From Octopus vulgaris (lineage: Eukaryota), in the NCBI GenBank assembly GCA_951406725.2, contig OX597815.1:30380001-30444000 (forward strand): a stretch of 64,000 nucleotides of DNA, in the 5' to 3' direction. A model generated the notes under the pieces. That model was given only the letters and a program-made list of their open reading frames with translations, ran no database searches and was not told the DNA's origin. Below are positions 1-12,355 of this stretch, one piece after another (within the stretch, counting starts at the first letter, position 1; every line of letters starts with the position of its first letter). Position numbers and translations under genes: made by a program.

Positions 1-679
1 TCTTCTTTTCAGGTACGACAAAAGTAGGATGTAAAGCATCATCCATTAAACTGTATATAGCCAATGTAATCACACCCCACATAAGCATATTTCTGTGCTC
101 CTATTGCTCTGGTTGTTACTGAATTATAATTTGAAATAATGGCGCTTTATTGAATCCTGAGTCTTCTTTCTTTCACATTTCAAAAAGTGTGAATAAGACA
201 TTTGATGAAAAAGTTGTCACTAGTCACCATGAAGGCCAAAGCTACTACAAGTGGATTAAATGAAATGGATCAATTGAAATAATTTCGCAAATATATCCTT
301 TATTAAGCTTATCGAAACTCTAGCACGTAGGTAAACTTTACTACAATTCCAATAATGGATGTTCTATGTGATCACTCAACCTTTAAAAATAGCGACCAAA
401 TCTCCCTGCAAAGGACAGCGCCAATGTTTCTTTATTTGTTCAGGGCGTCTGAGCAGGATGAAGAGATGAATGTACCTTCAAACTAGAGACATGTACTAAA
501 TATCTGCGACAAAGCGGACTCTATCAAAGAGACCCAAAGATGAGATGGTGGTGTGGTATTACGCAGGGTGACAGATTAAGACTGCCACTGAAAACTAAGA
601 ACGAGAAATGATATTGCAAGGCGTCTCATCTAAAGCTTTAGCAATTCTGCCAATTCCCTACTCTAGAGAGAGATTTATA

Positions 680-800
680 TTTAATCGACCCCGAGAGAAT
701 GAAGTTCGAGCCTCGATAGAATTTGAACTCAGAAGGCAGAACTAGAACAAATTTCACTAGACATTTTGTCCTACGCTCTAAGTACTCAACTAATTCACCG
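680..800 (-). mobile_element. Degenerate SINE family A fragment
   Basis: ttaatcgaccccga...gaatttgaactcagaa matches the core of the intact copies in this window. Confidence 0.6.
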
Positions 801-1094
801 TCTTTTTCTAAGGACACATTAGATATTATAGTACTAAACTACGGGCTGGACATGACTAGAACGTCCTTGATTAGAGGTTTGATGAAACATGGTTGAATTG
901 GGGTTCTATATGTCTTTGAGAAATTTGGCTCCATGGTGGCCCTATTAGCAACTTGGGATGAGGACAAACAGACCGATTTCGTATCAGTTTATCTGTCAAA
1001 AAAGGCTCTTGTGTCTAAATCTCACAACGCGGCTGAATACATATATGCATAGCTACTAATACTTATCTTTATTATTAATAGAATTGCAGAGTTG

Positions 1095-1232
1095 TTGGAC
1101 TAGCAGAATTGTTACAGCATCGGTATTTGTTCATGATGTTTAAGCTCTGAGGTCATTTCCGCCGAAATCCACCTTATCTTTGAACTTTCCGGGGTCGATA
1201 AAACTAAGCGTAATCGGGTTGGTAAAATCGAC
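1095..1232 (+). mobile_element. Degenerate SINE family A fragment
   Basis: ctctgaggtcatttccgccga...ggggtcgataaaa...aaatcgact is a diverged version of the family A core. Confidence 0.6.
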
Positions 1233-1460
1233 TGCTCTCTCTCACTCTCCCTTCTTTTCTCTCTCTCTCTCACTCTCTCCCTTCTTCTCTCTCACTCTCT
1301 CACTCTCTCCCTTCTCTCTCTCTCACTCTCTCCGTCCTTCTCTCTCTCTCTCACTCTCTCCGTCCTTCTCTCTCTCTCACTCTCTCCCTCCTCTCTCTCT
1401 CACTCTCTCACTCTTTCTCTCTCTCACTCTTTCCCTCCCTCTCTCTCTCTCTCCCTCTCA
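1233..1460. repeat. (CT)n-derived compound microsatellite
   Basis: Repeated ctctctctcactctc(c) units; source of the spurious SL-rich ORF 1180..1503. Confidence 0.95.
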
Positions 1461-1839
1461 TCAAATTCCTAGTAGACGAAAAATTATGACATTCATGACA
1501 TAAACTCATTTTACAAAAGAGAAATAATGTCAATAACGAACCGAGTTATCAGCGTCGATTAATATCACCATCGTTTATCTACCCTTCGTGTAACTGTTGA
1601 GAGTTGGCATAAAAACTTATATCACTAAGTTCTCAAGAAGAAAAAACAAAACGCAAATAATTCAGAAAACTAAAATTTTCAGTATACTTTGTACAGAAAT
1701 GTAATCAGTAACTGGATCAAGCTGACCCGCACAACGGAAATATGCCGCTCAAATAACGAGGAACACACTTTCATATAGATTCAAACTTAATTAACAAATC
1801 AGCTATGTTTGCGTTTTTCTTTTCAAGCTTTGCAGTATT

Positions 1840-1850
1840 TGTTGTTGTTG

Positions 1851-1882
<32 letters not shown>

Positions 1883-1892
1883 GGTGGTGGTA
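1840..1892. repeat. (GTT)n(GGT)n microsatellite
   Basis: Directly visible. Confidence 0.95.
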
Positions 1893-2244
1893 GTTACAAT
1901 AGTAGTAATGTATTATGTCTTCAATCAACTTTTCCTCTTTTTCATCATTATCATCTGCACAAATGTTATATATTATTATGTTATGTAAAAGATTATTCCT
2001 TTTCAAATCTAATTACCATTGATAGTCTGTTTTAGATATAATCAGGCTGCATTAGTTAATAATTTTGCAGATTCAGATAAATTCTCTTTTGAATCAAACA
2101 AAATTATTTTACTTAAACATCATCTCCATTACGACTGCCATCGCCATAGTCATCACCATAACAGCAACGACTACAACAAAAACAGCAACAACAATAACAA
2201 TAATTTGGAATGTAGTTACGAGGACACACATCTTGGAGAAGTGT

Positions 2245-2457
2245 ATATATTTCTTTACTACCCACAAGGGGCTAAACGAGGACAGACAAACGGATTAAGT
2301 CGACTCCAGTGCATAACTGGTACTTAATTTATCGACCCCCGAAAGGATGAAAGGCAAAGTCGACCTCGGCGGAATTTGAACTCAGAACGTAACGGCAGAC
2401 GAAACACGGCTACGCATTTCGCCCGGCGTGCTAAGATTTCTGCCAGCTCGCCGCCTT
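2245..2457 (-). mobile_element. SINE family A (tRNA-derived), near-complete, with TSD
   Basis: On the minus strand: A-box-like GAGCTGGCAGAA, B-box GAGTTCAAATTCC, core GCCTTTCATCCTTTCGGGGGTCGATAAATTAAGTACCAG, tail AAAGAAATA. 13-bp direct repeat cttggagaagtgt at 2232-2244 and 2455-2467. Confidence 0.92.
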
Positions 2458-2759
2458 GGAGAAGTGTGGAACCGACTGGTTCCACCCAAGTCCTGGAGTG
2501 GTACATATTTTATCAACCAAAGGGACGAGCAATGTTTAATTAGATCAGAAATAAAATAGGAGCAACAAAAATACTGCAAATTGTCTTGTCGGTCGTTCTA
2601 ACATTTCTGTTGCCGCTCTTCAACCTTGTAGCCCTTAATGATCATGATTTCGAGTGTCTTGGCGCAACCAAATTTTGTAGGGAGTGTGTGGCTTCGGTGA
2701 CGATCGATCCCCATGGTTGGACGGCAAGTTCATGAAAATTTTTTTTCCTACATGCTAAG

Positions 2760-3250
2760 AAACATAGGTAATTGTTGGTGAGAGGCTTGAGAATTAGGAC
2801 ACAAAATGGGTGTTAAATAAAGACAGGTGAGTCAGGGACATCTTGGCACGAGATCAAGTAGCTCTGAGCAGCCAAGGCCATTTTAGTATCAGCAGTAAAG
2901 ACAGAGACAGAGGACAACACATTTGTGGACCAGTGGCTGGAGAAGGTCTGTGAGTGATTTATGACAGTCAGTCGAGTGACTTCTGGATGCTTCCTAGGAT
3001 GTCTGTATGCAGGAGTTGAGCAGTACCTTATTGTGGGTTTTAGAGCGTTACAGAGTGACAATAATTTTTAGGCGAAAAAATATATTCTGGAAAAAAGGGT
3101 CTAAGTTTTCAGATTTGGCTTCTAGTATCGTTAAAGAGGTGCGTTCGCCAGAGTGAATCCCAGTGGGATAAGAATTCAGAATAGGAAGGGACATAGCGAA
3201 GCGTCTCAATAAAATTTTATTCGCTGCACTTTCATTTCTGTCATATCACT
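2760..3250 (-). pseudogene. Decayed CR1/Jockey-group LINE ORF2 C-terminal remnant
   Basis: Minus-strand translation with stops and frameshifts includes LKPTIRYCS and LQPLVHKCVVLCLCLYC*Y*NGLGCSEL, resembling the RP.LEYCS and LQPL.HRR.V..L..FY.Y..G.CS.EL motifs. Confidence 0.55.
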
Positions 3251-3264
3251 GACAGAAATCATTT

Positions 3265-3680
3265 TTGATTTAAGCACAAGGTCTGCAAATTTGAGGAGAT
3301 TGTTCAGTCGATATCATGAACCTTATTACTATATTTTGTCGACCCTGGTCGTATGAATCGGATTGAGAACGTAAAGATCCCGAATAAATACTGCAAGGCA
3401 TTTTGTTCGACCATGTAATGATTTTGCAATTCCACCGAACTTATGTTCAACAATAATATTGGTTTGAAATTCTGTCACAAGACTAGGAAGTTCAGAGGAG
3501 GTTGTGAGTCGATTGCATTGATCCCCACCCCGTGTTCAAATGCTACTTATTTTATCGACCCGGAAAGGATGAAGAGTGAAATCGACGTCGGTGGAATTTG
3601 AACTCATAATGTAAAGACGGACAAAATGCCGCTAAGCATTTTGTTAGGCATGTTAATGATTCGGCCAGCTCGCCGCCTTA
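3265..3680 (-). mobile_element. Two adjacent older SINE A-variant copies (alternative tail)
   Basis: 3460-3680 keeps ttatcgacccggaaaggatgaa...ggaatttgaactca...gccagctcgccgcctt; 3265-3440 is a more decayed version. Confidence 0.75.
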
Positions 3681-3934
3681 TGTTCAATAATAATATTAGT
3701 AAGAATTATAGGTTGGTAACATGACAAAAATCATTTTCACTCCAAACTGAAATACTTTACAATGTTTAATTACGCCAATAAAACATGATGACAACAATAA
3801 TGTAGCGCATACAATTGTGCAACCTTCAGAGAAATGAATGTTTACACAAAATTATAGGCAAGTGCTATAGAATATGTGTTAATCCCCAGCTGGTTACATA
3901 ATAGAATTATATAAGTAGTAATCTGTCAGTTAGC

Positions 3935-4115
3935 TATATGCTGTTGTTGTTTAACTCCAGGCCGACCCCGATTGAGCATTGCTTTCCAACTGAGACCATT
4001 CTCTCGTTTGTATATCTATTAAATATATTATCAAATGTATTCTTTTTATGACACTGCAATACTGTGAGTTGAGGGAATATGGCTGCAATTTCAAGCAAGA
4101 TAAGCCACTGTGAAT
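3935..4115. mobile_element. Old degenerate interspersed repeat (family E, probably an ancient SINE)
   Basis: Motifs tggctgcaatttcaagcaag and gttgttgtttaactccagg recur in diverged form near 360-415, 840-905, 37135-37210, 37435-37465 and 54770-54835. Confidence 0.4.
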
Positions 4116-5249
4116 TGGCTGTCAACGATAGTTTGCTAAACAAGATTTTAATTTCCCATAGTCTCATGTCCCTTTAAGTTCCTATAGTTGTTGGAAAAGT
4201 CAAGAGCATAATTCTTCTAATATTTCAGTAATCATAAAAGACAAGACTGATGTTTATAAATATCAAGGAGATGCTAAAAATATTTCGATACTCGAATGCT
4301 AAGCAATTCCACATTCACTCCACTAAAGCTACTACTGTTGTTGAGGCACAATCTATCGTCATAACATAACATCCCTTTATTCTCCTTTAATAATAATAAA
4401 AACCCTAACAATTCTGTTCAGGGATTTTGTGTTTAGTTGAAAGAAACCAATAATAGTTACAATTATTCAGAAAAGAGCAGCAAACAAAAACAACCTAAGG
4501 AAACACAACAACAAACAATACCGATTAGTTGTTGTAATACAAATAACAATGATATTAAGCCAAATGGAATTATTGAAATATCGATCGTAAGACCTTCAAC
4601 CTTTCATGCATATCGACATCACTACTCCATCGAAAGATCGTGCATATAAATCTGGCTGTGATTTGTAGACGTATAGAACTAAATGAAAATGTATGTTCGT
4701 ATGTATGCATTATGTGTACACCAATATGTATGTATGTATGTTTGTGTATACATATAAGTTCATACAAACATCTTAAATACTTGTATGCCTACATACATAC
4801 GTGTCTTTGCACGTACTTATGTGCATGTGTGGTATGCCTGTATGTGTTCGGCTGTTTACGTGTATTGTTACAGAGGAATATTCATGAGACGTGGACACGT
4901 TCAGTTCTGAAATTCAGTGGCTTCATGTTAAGCAGACACAAGTGAGTAAATATGGGACCAAATTTCATTCTATTCCACCTCACAGCAACCAAAACTACTC
5001 ACTCATATACACCAATCCAACCACCGAAATTTCATGCACTACCCACTCTGCACAAGTACTGACACCCCCCCCCCTCTAGTAATTTGATTACTCACTATAT
5101 GATATCGATTTCCGATTTAGATTTGTACCCCTGACTCCAGTAAATTGCATTATTTGTTGTGGGTAGATCATTTGGAATCAGTAGAAATTACCATAAAATC
5201 AATAGCTAGTTGATGATTTGATCTGAAATAAAGCATGAACGATGTTGTA

Positions 5250-5618
5250 TGCAGTGTGTATATGTCTATATGCATGCATGGATATGTACATGTATGTATG
5301 TAGAATATACGTGTATGCGTACACACACACAAACACACACATATATATACATATATGTTTGTATATGTATGCATCTCTCTCTCTCTATCTCTATATTCAT
5401 TTTTTAAGAGATTTTATATTTTTAGAATTTTTTATGGTTGTAAGGGAGGAAAAAACTTTAAATTCTTTTGTTTTGCACGGTTATGTGTATCAGAAGCATA
5501 GTTGGTACTAAACGAATTACTATCAATTTCAATGTATTGTATTTCAAACGCACACACATATGCACACACGAACACACACAGACACATACTCATATACATA
5601 TATACATACATACGTCTT

Positions 5619-5678
<60 letters not shown>

Positions 5679-5874
5679 CTTACCAAATAAGTGCTTTCAT
5701 GTTTTGAACTAGGAAAATAAATATAATTCAATAAATTTACTTACAGAATTAGCCATGAATACATACATACATACATTCATACATACATACATACATACAT
5801 ACATAACTAAATATGTATCTGTGTTTATCAATATATGTACATACATGTGTGTGTCTATGAACGTATATAGATTG

Positions 5875-5917
<43 letters not shown>

Positions 5918-5975
5918 GCAATAGTATATGTGTGAATATATGTACAGAAGTATTTATCTAGCTATGTGTCTTCTC

Positions 5976-6016
<41 letters not shown>

Positions 6017-6150
6017 AATACATACCCACAAATGTATATATATATATGTGTGTGTGTGTGCGTATGTGTGTATATATATATACATACGCACACACACATA
6101 CATACACACACATATACATACATACACACATGCACACACATGTGGATATA
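5250..6150. repeat. Compound (TA)n/(CA)n/(TACA)n microsatellite field
   Basis: Directly visible; explains the YI/HT/CV-rich ORFs. Confidence 0.95.
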
Positions 6151-6720
6151 TAGAATTTAACATCAAAGTGTTTAAATTTAGTCCAGCCCTATTTTATTGT
6201 TTTGCTTAAAATGACTACATTCTACTAAATACAACCGCACAAGTTACTAATTAAATTACGTGGTACCATAATCTGTTCCAACATCAGTAATGGTTGACAA
6301 AAGTTTAAATAATTACTAATAGTATTTGTTTCGAAAATTCTATAGGGATATCAGTCTACTTCCTTTGCCGGTGGCATTTTCTAGCTCTGCTTGATGTGAG
6401 TTTAAAAGATCACACGATTAATGCCAAAAATAATAAAGACAACTAGTATCTAATAAATCCAGGTGCAGACATGAATTCTTTAAAAATATATGCGACTATC
6501 AACTATTTTCCTGTCAAAATTAATTGTCAGATGAATGGTTCCCAAAGAGTTTTTAATACTATCTGCATACTGAGGAAATAAAGCAATGTTACAAGCCTGA
6601 ATACGTTTATAGTCTAGTACATATGTGCGTGCATATGTGTCTGTTTGTGCGTGTGTATCTGTTAGTATTTATCCGCGTAACAATCTATGCCTGTGTATAC
6701 ACACATACACACACACACAC

Positions 6721-6768
<48 letters not shown>

Positions 6769-6991
6769 AAGTTTGAAAACGCCACTATATAAGATAAATT
6801 TAAATTTTCTTAGAAAATTTACGTTTCGGTTCTTCTTGAAAAAACGAACCGTATCAAAAATATTTTAAAAAAGTTAAGTGTAATAAAGAAGTTCATAATT
6901 GTTTCTAACTAGTCTCAACAGAATCCACGTGGTGGTTTTTTGTGTGGAGGAAGCAGAATAGCTGTCTTATGTGTTGACTAAATTAAAGGGG

Positions 6992-7024
<33 letters not shown>

Positions 7025-7027
<3 letters not shown>

Positions 7028-7516
7028 CTAATGTAGGAAAAATTTTTTTTTCGAAAAACAGATTTTATCAATGGCCAGCATATCAAAAAATACCTTTAAA
7101 GGTTAAATTTATAAATAACTTATAAAATAAGGGCAAGAGAAAAATTCTAATGCCAAATATACCGAAAAATAGACAAAATTGTCAATAACCATTATAATTT
7201 ATGCGCCTTGAAAAATTCGTTATTCCCTTATTGGTCCCAATTTCGGGGTTAATTCATAAGAATTGTCCCCTCGTCAGAGATAAATACGTAAGACATAAAT
7301 GAAATACTTACTCATACCTATGGAAAAGGCAAGCACTATGTCCTGAGCAGATCTAAGTACCCCAAATATATCCAAAATAGAAAATCTTCAGCACATCTCG
7401 AGACACGTGTGATCCGATCTAGAAACTTTCATAGAGTGAGAGAATCCAGATGTGAACACTATTAGATTTTTAACTAATGTAGGATAAAATATCAATGGCC
7501 AGCATATCAAAAAATA
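7025..7516 (-). mobile_element. Non-coding, terminally redundant, hammerhead-bearing element (retrozyme-like or Penelope pLTR-derived)
   Basis: taactaatgtagga...atcaatggccagcatatcaaaaaata at 7025-7092 and again at 7471-7516; internal hammerhead; (TA)n on both sides. Confidence 0.6.
7218..7288 (-). ncRNA. Type I hammerhead ribozyme motif
   Basis: Minus strand: cgtatttatct-CTGACGA-GGGG acaattcttatgaattaa CCCC-GAAA-TTG ggac CAA-TA^AGGGAATAACG. Core intact, stems II and III paired, stem I partly paired; predicted cleavage between 7229 and 7228. Confidence 0.75.
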
Positions 7517-7769
7517 TATACATATATATATTAAAGGGGGAGGAAAACAAAATCTAGGCAGAAGAGGCGTATTAGTTCATTTGAATTGTTTCTAATAGTG
7601 CATCGAAATAAACAAAAATAAATAATTATTTACGTTTCTCTCCTTACTGCACGGTGGCTACCACAACTCCAGCCTCCCGTTTCGAACTTGGATCTTAGTA
7701 GCCTATGAACTGGAGCACTCAAACCGCATACCTATTAGTTTAGATCATCAGTGACCTAAACTCTTTCTA

Positions 7770-7784
7770 TCCTTTCTTTCTTTC

Positions 7785-7822
<38 letters not shown>

Positions 7823-7837
7823 CTCATTTTCTCTCTG

Positions 7838-7892
<55 letters not shown>

Positions 7893-7900
7893 CGAGAGAG
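7770..7900. repeat. (TTTC)n-(TA)n-(GA)n compound microsatellite
   Basis: Directly visible. Confidence 0.95.
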
Positions 7901-8251
7901 CGGTGTGCAGGGACTCTCCAACCAAATTTCACAATTTTCACCCTCTACCAGCGCAAAGAAACAATTTCTGTACAAGAACGTTTAAATAAAGAAAAAAATA
8001 TTGAAAAGTACAGAAAACGCCTAAAAACAGTACAGAAAACGCATAGCAAACTTTGGTCTCATTATATATTTTAATTATGATCACATATCCATATATGTAT
8101 ATAAATTAGGAAAATAACACCTTTTATCAATTCAACAATGAAATAACAATATAATTAAATTATACCATATAGAAAAAAATTAAATATATGATAAAAAATA
8201 CACCAAGTAATGTACAAAATAATAAATATAAAAAGTATATAATTGGTAAAA

Positions 8252-8336
8252 GGAATACACGTGTTTCGTGGATATATTTTAAAACTGATAACAGTAAAAT
8301 CAATTCAATTTAAATATATAGTCACTCTTCAGGTCC
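8252..8336 (-). ncRNA. Minimal (Penelope-type) hammerhead ribozyme motif
   Basis: Minus strand: ggac-CTGAAGA-GTG...long AT-rich stem II...CAC-GAAAC-ACGT-GTA^ttcc. The palindromic tetraloop III (ACGT) is typical of Penelope-associated minimal hammerheads. Confidence 0.65.
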
Positions 8337-8774
8337 AAGATAAAAACAATAAAATAATTAAATAAATAAATATACGTATATAACCTTGTAAGAAAATATA
8401 AATAAATATAAAAATACGCAATTTTACGATAAAAATCAAGCAAAACACAATAATATAACATAAAATATAAACGTGAAATATCTTTACAAATATATTCTAG
8501 TATAAATAAAACTAGAATAAATAGGTATAAATATTTATTATGTCTATGAAAATAAATTTTAACTTATATAAGAAAAGAATAGCAAACTATAATATATCAT
8601 TACTAGAAAATTATATATGTATATAAATTAGAAACATCTTTTCTAATTTATATACATATATTATATATTGTGAAATTTGATTTAGTATTACTAAATTGAA
8701 TTTTCCCTGTATGTTTGGAATAATATATATATATTATTGACAACTGAAACCATATGTGTGTGTGTGTGTTACAT

Positions 8775-10440
8775 ATTACATTATCGACCAGACCATCAGA
8801 TACAACTGTACACCGCTGCTCACAATGCGCTTCGACTCTGACTTAATTGCACCGTTCTTTTCCATCTTGAGATGCAAATCCCTTAATTCATTCATAACCC
8901 CATCCTCATGGAAGCATTCCTAGTAGACTTATCAGATTTCTTGGTTACCACACGGCGTTACCTTGTGTCCATCTCTTGTCTGTGAGCCTTGCGACATGTT
9001 CGGCCCAGCGAACATGTGTATTCTGTAATCACATCGTTCACTCCGCTCCGTTGTCGAATTGTCTCAGTTCGAATAGTATGGATCCTTTGGTGGTCCTTTG
9101 CATTGTAACCAATTGAAGTTCTATCCTCTTTATAGTAGCCCACGTCTCACTTGGTTATAAGAGCACAGGCAGGACGTTGCTATTAATGAATCTGGTACTT
9201 ATGCTATTGTCTATCTTTGCTTTGAGAACATCTTTCATTGAAGTAAGCACCTTCTATCCTGCCCTTGTTCTCGTGAGATTTCACCATCCATATCTCGTAT
9301 GCCCTAAGTAGACGTACTTCTTTACTTCCTCGATTTCGTTGCTTCCCACTTCTATTCAGCCTTGTGCTATACATTCCGACCGCATATATTTTGTTTCGAT
9401 GCGGTTCATTTTAAGGACTAATGCTAAGCTTTGAGTCTTGAGTTCCCATCTCTGTCAGCATGGTCTGCATCTAGCGATAAGTACAATGTCCTCTGTGAAT
9501 CAAAGGTGTGCTAGTTGCTCGCCATTAGTGTCCACGCTACCTGTCCCCTCAATGTCCCTAATGGCCATTTCTGGACATGCCGTATAAAGCATATTTATTT
9601 ATTGCCCACAAGGGGCTAAACATAGAGGGGACAAAAAGGGACAAACAAAGGAAATAAGTCGATTATATCGACCCCAGTGCATAACTAGTACATAATTTAT
9701 CGACCCCGAAAGGCTGAAAGTCAAAGTCGACCTCGGCAGAATTTGAACTCAGAACGTAGTGGCAGACGAAATACCTATTTCTTTACTACCCACAAGGGGC
9801 TAAACACAGAGAGGACAAACAAGGACAGACAAACGGATTAAGTAGATTATATCGACCCCAGTGCGTAACTGGTAGTTATTTAATCGACCCCGAAAGGATG
9901 AAAGGCAAAGTCGACCTCGGCGGAATTTGAATTCAGAACGTAGCGGCAGGCGAAATACCTATTTCTTTATTAACCACAAGAGGCTAAACATCGATGGGAC
10001 AAACAAGGACAGACATAGGTATTAAGTCGATTACATCGACCCCAGTGCGTAACTGGTACTTAATTTATCGACCCCGAAAGGATGAAAGGCAAAGTCGACC
10101 TCGGCGGAATTTGAACTCAGAACGTAATGGCAGGCAAAATACCACTAAGAATTTCGCCCGGCGTACTAACGATTCTGCCAGCTCGGCGCTTTATAGAGCT
10201 TTGGAGAGACGATATCTCTTCGTTTGGGAAGTTTTCCAACTGGAGCCCTTACATGTAATAATAGCAGAGCTATTTCTGCTGTGCATCAAAAGTTCGCATA
10301 TCTGATCAGTTTGCTGTATTGCGCCTCGACGCCTTGCATTTCCAGAGATTTCAACACTGCTTTCATCTTGATGCTTTCAAATACCTTTTCGTAATCAATA
10401 ACGGTGAGGGCACAGACAAAGCTTATATTCAGTCACTGTA
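8775..10440 (-). pseudogene. RTE-clade LINE, 3' part (RT domain to C-terminus), interrupted by a SINE trimer
   Basis: Minus-strand remnants EYKLCLC../IDYEKVFES, SPKL|YTAC, HL*FTEDIVLIA (decayed YADD motif), IRTETIRQRSGVNDVITEY, RWAEHVARLTDKRWT. Confidence 0.85.
9591..10191 (-). mobile_element. SINE family A head-to-tail trimer inserted in the RTE
   Basis: One unit with head plus two headless units; imperfect TSD tataaagc (9583-9590) / tatagagc (10192-10199) splitting the RT SPKL/YTAC motif. Confidence 0.9.
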
Positions 10441-11075
10441 CATGAAAAGCAAGAACTGCAAGCCAGTGGCAGCTTGAAGGAAAATATGGGTGGAGACGAA
10501 GAAAATGCTAGGGAAACAGAAATGTATGAATACCTCCAGTATTCTGTTCCCTGCAAATGACTTCGTGAATTATTGACTGAAGAAATTGGTGCAGGCTGAA
10601 GAGGGGAGAAGTTTAAAAAATGCAAGAGAGGGCTGGTACACTATAGACCAGAGGTGCCTATCGATAAGGATAAGCTCACGGTGATAGACAAAGGGGAGAT
10701 GGAAGAGGTAAGGAAAACTTTCTACACCAACCATTTAAAATCTTCAGTGAAGCTCGATTCTTCACCTCCTCAAATGTCAGTGAAATTGAAACTTCTCTCA
10801 AATTGATGAAAACTGGCAAAGATCCTGAAAACGATGGCATCACAACAGAGATATTAAGATGCGGTGGTGAAGATCTATTGAAAATCCTCGCTCTACGTTT
10901 CAATCACTGTTTGAAGGAGAGCAAAATACTTTCTATGTAGAAAGAGCCAAAGACCAATCTACTTCATAAAAAGGGTGATAAAAAAGACTTTAAAAAAGAC
11001 TATCGCTCCATATGCCTTTTGTCTCTCCTCTATCAGCCGTTTACAAAGAGTCGAGTGACCAAGCAAGTTTCCGTA
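10441..11075 (+). pseudogene. RTE-clade LINE upstream segment, inverted relative to the 3' part
   Basis: Plus-strand EEGRSLKKCKRGL, MKTGKDPENDGITTEILRCGGEDLLKILALRFNHCL, LLHKKGDKKD, YRSICLLSLLYQPFTK, DQASFR (EQAGFR-like). Confidence 0.85.
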
Positions 11076-11713
11076 TCAAATTACGTATCAAATATTCACG
11101 TTAACGTAATTCATAGGAGATAATATATTTGTGTGTATATATGTGTGAGTGAGTGTGTGCGTGTGTGTGTGTGTTTTTGTGCGTGTGTGTGTGTATGTAT
11201 GCGTGTGTGGGTGGATTTGTGAGTGTGTGTGTGTGTATGTACACACGCATATATCTTTCGCTTTTCTTAACTTTCTTCAGGTATTGCTTATCTCACCTAT
11301 CTACTCCTGAAGTTAAGAAGAATATAATTTCCTATATCTATTATATCAGCTTGGCGTTTATAATTAAGTACCACAACACGATGATATAATTAAATATTTT
11401 ATTTCCAAATTTTATTTATTGAATCGGTCACATACAAGAGTATAATCCCATGGTCGGCAGTAGGTCTTATGAGATCAATACGATAGACGCAATTAAAACT
11501 TTTCAACATAGGCGTTCTTAATGCGTTTCTGCAAATACATGATTTTGTTACTCGCTGTTATATTTCGCCTTCGGAGAGGACATTCTTTCAGACTAAGTCT
11601 GCCGACACCACGCCGGACCTTTGTGACACCAGTATTTTGACTTAGTTGTAAATTCTTTGTGAAAGTTACCCATCGATCAATGAAATTAACAAGGCTGGTG
11701 GTTCTTGCTTATA

Positions 11714-12249
11714 TTGGGTTGTCTGGAAAGTTCATGCCGATTTATAGTAGCTTACATTTCGACTTATTTTAGAACATGGTTGAGTCCATAAAATAGGATT
11801 TGACTGCACTTCCATTTAGAGCACAGTTTAAGCTATAACCTGTGTTAATTCTGTAACCCTTTAAAATGGAAGATAAGAAAGTTCATTTTCAGCACTTGAT
11901 GCTTTGGGAACCAGACAAAAATTGCTGCAGCTCGGCTGGGATGTGTTATCCCACCCTCCATATTCAACAGATATTGCTCCTTTGGATTTCCACTTATTCG
12001 GGTCTCTGCACAATAGTCTTAATGGTAAAAATTTCAATTCCTTGGATGACGTAAAAAGATACCTTGATGAATTCTTTGCTATGAAACCACCTCAATTCTG
12101 GGAAGAGGGTATTTTCAAGTTAAAGGAAAGATGGAGACGCATTGTGCAACAAAATGGTTCATATTTGGTTGATTAAGAATGTAATGGTAAGTATTTATTG
12201 ACCCTTTTCTTTCCTTTAAAAATCGGCACGAACTTTCCGGACAACCCAA
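11714..12249 (+). mobile_element. Internally deleted mariner transposon (536 bp)
   Basis: 30-bp TIRs ttgggttgtctggaaagttcatgccgattt (11714-11743) and aaatcggcacgaactttccggacaacccaa (12220-12249); TA on both flanks; N-terminus MEDKKVHFQHLML joined to C-terminus LGWDVLSHPPYSTDIAPLDFHLF...GIFKLKERWRRIVQQNGSY. Confidence 0.95.
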
Positions 12250-12355
12250 TAGAATTTGATGTGTACATAAAGAAGAACTAGCATTCTTGTTTAGTTTCAT
12301 TTATCCGTGAGTAACCTTGACCGTAAATATACAACTAAGTTGAAACATCAGTGAT

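Noticed and set aside
1-125. Possible plus-strand acceptor tcttcttttcag|G and short terminal exon
   Set aside because: At the window edge; the open frame is short and unrecognised, with no further support.
9994-10305. Recurrent peptide RNWYLIYRPRKDERQSRPRRNLNSE in many track ORFs
   Set aside because: It is the antisense translation of SINE family A, not a protein family.
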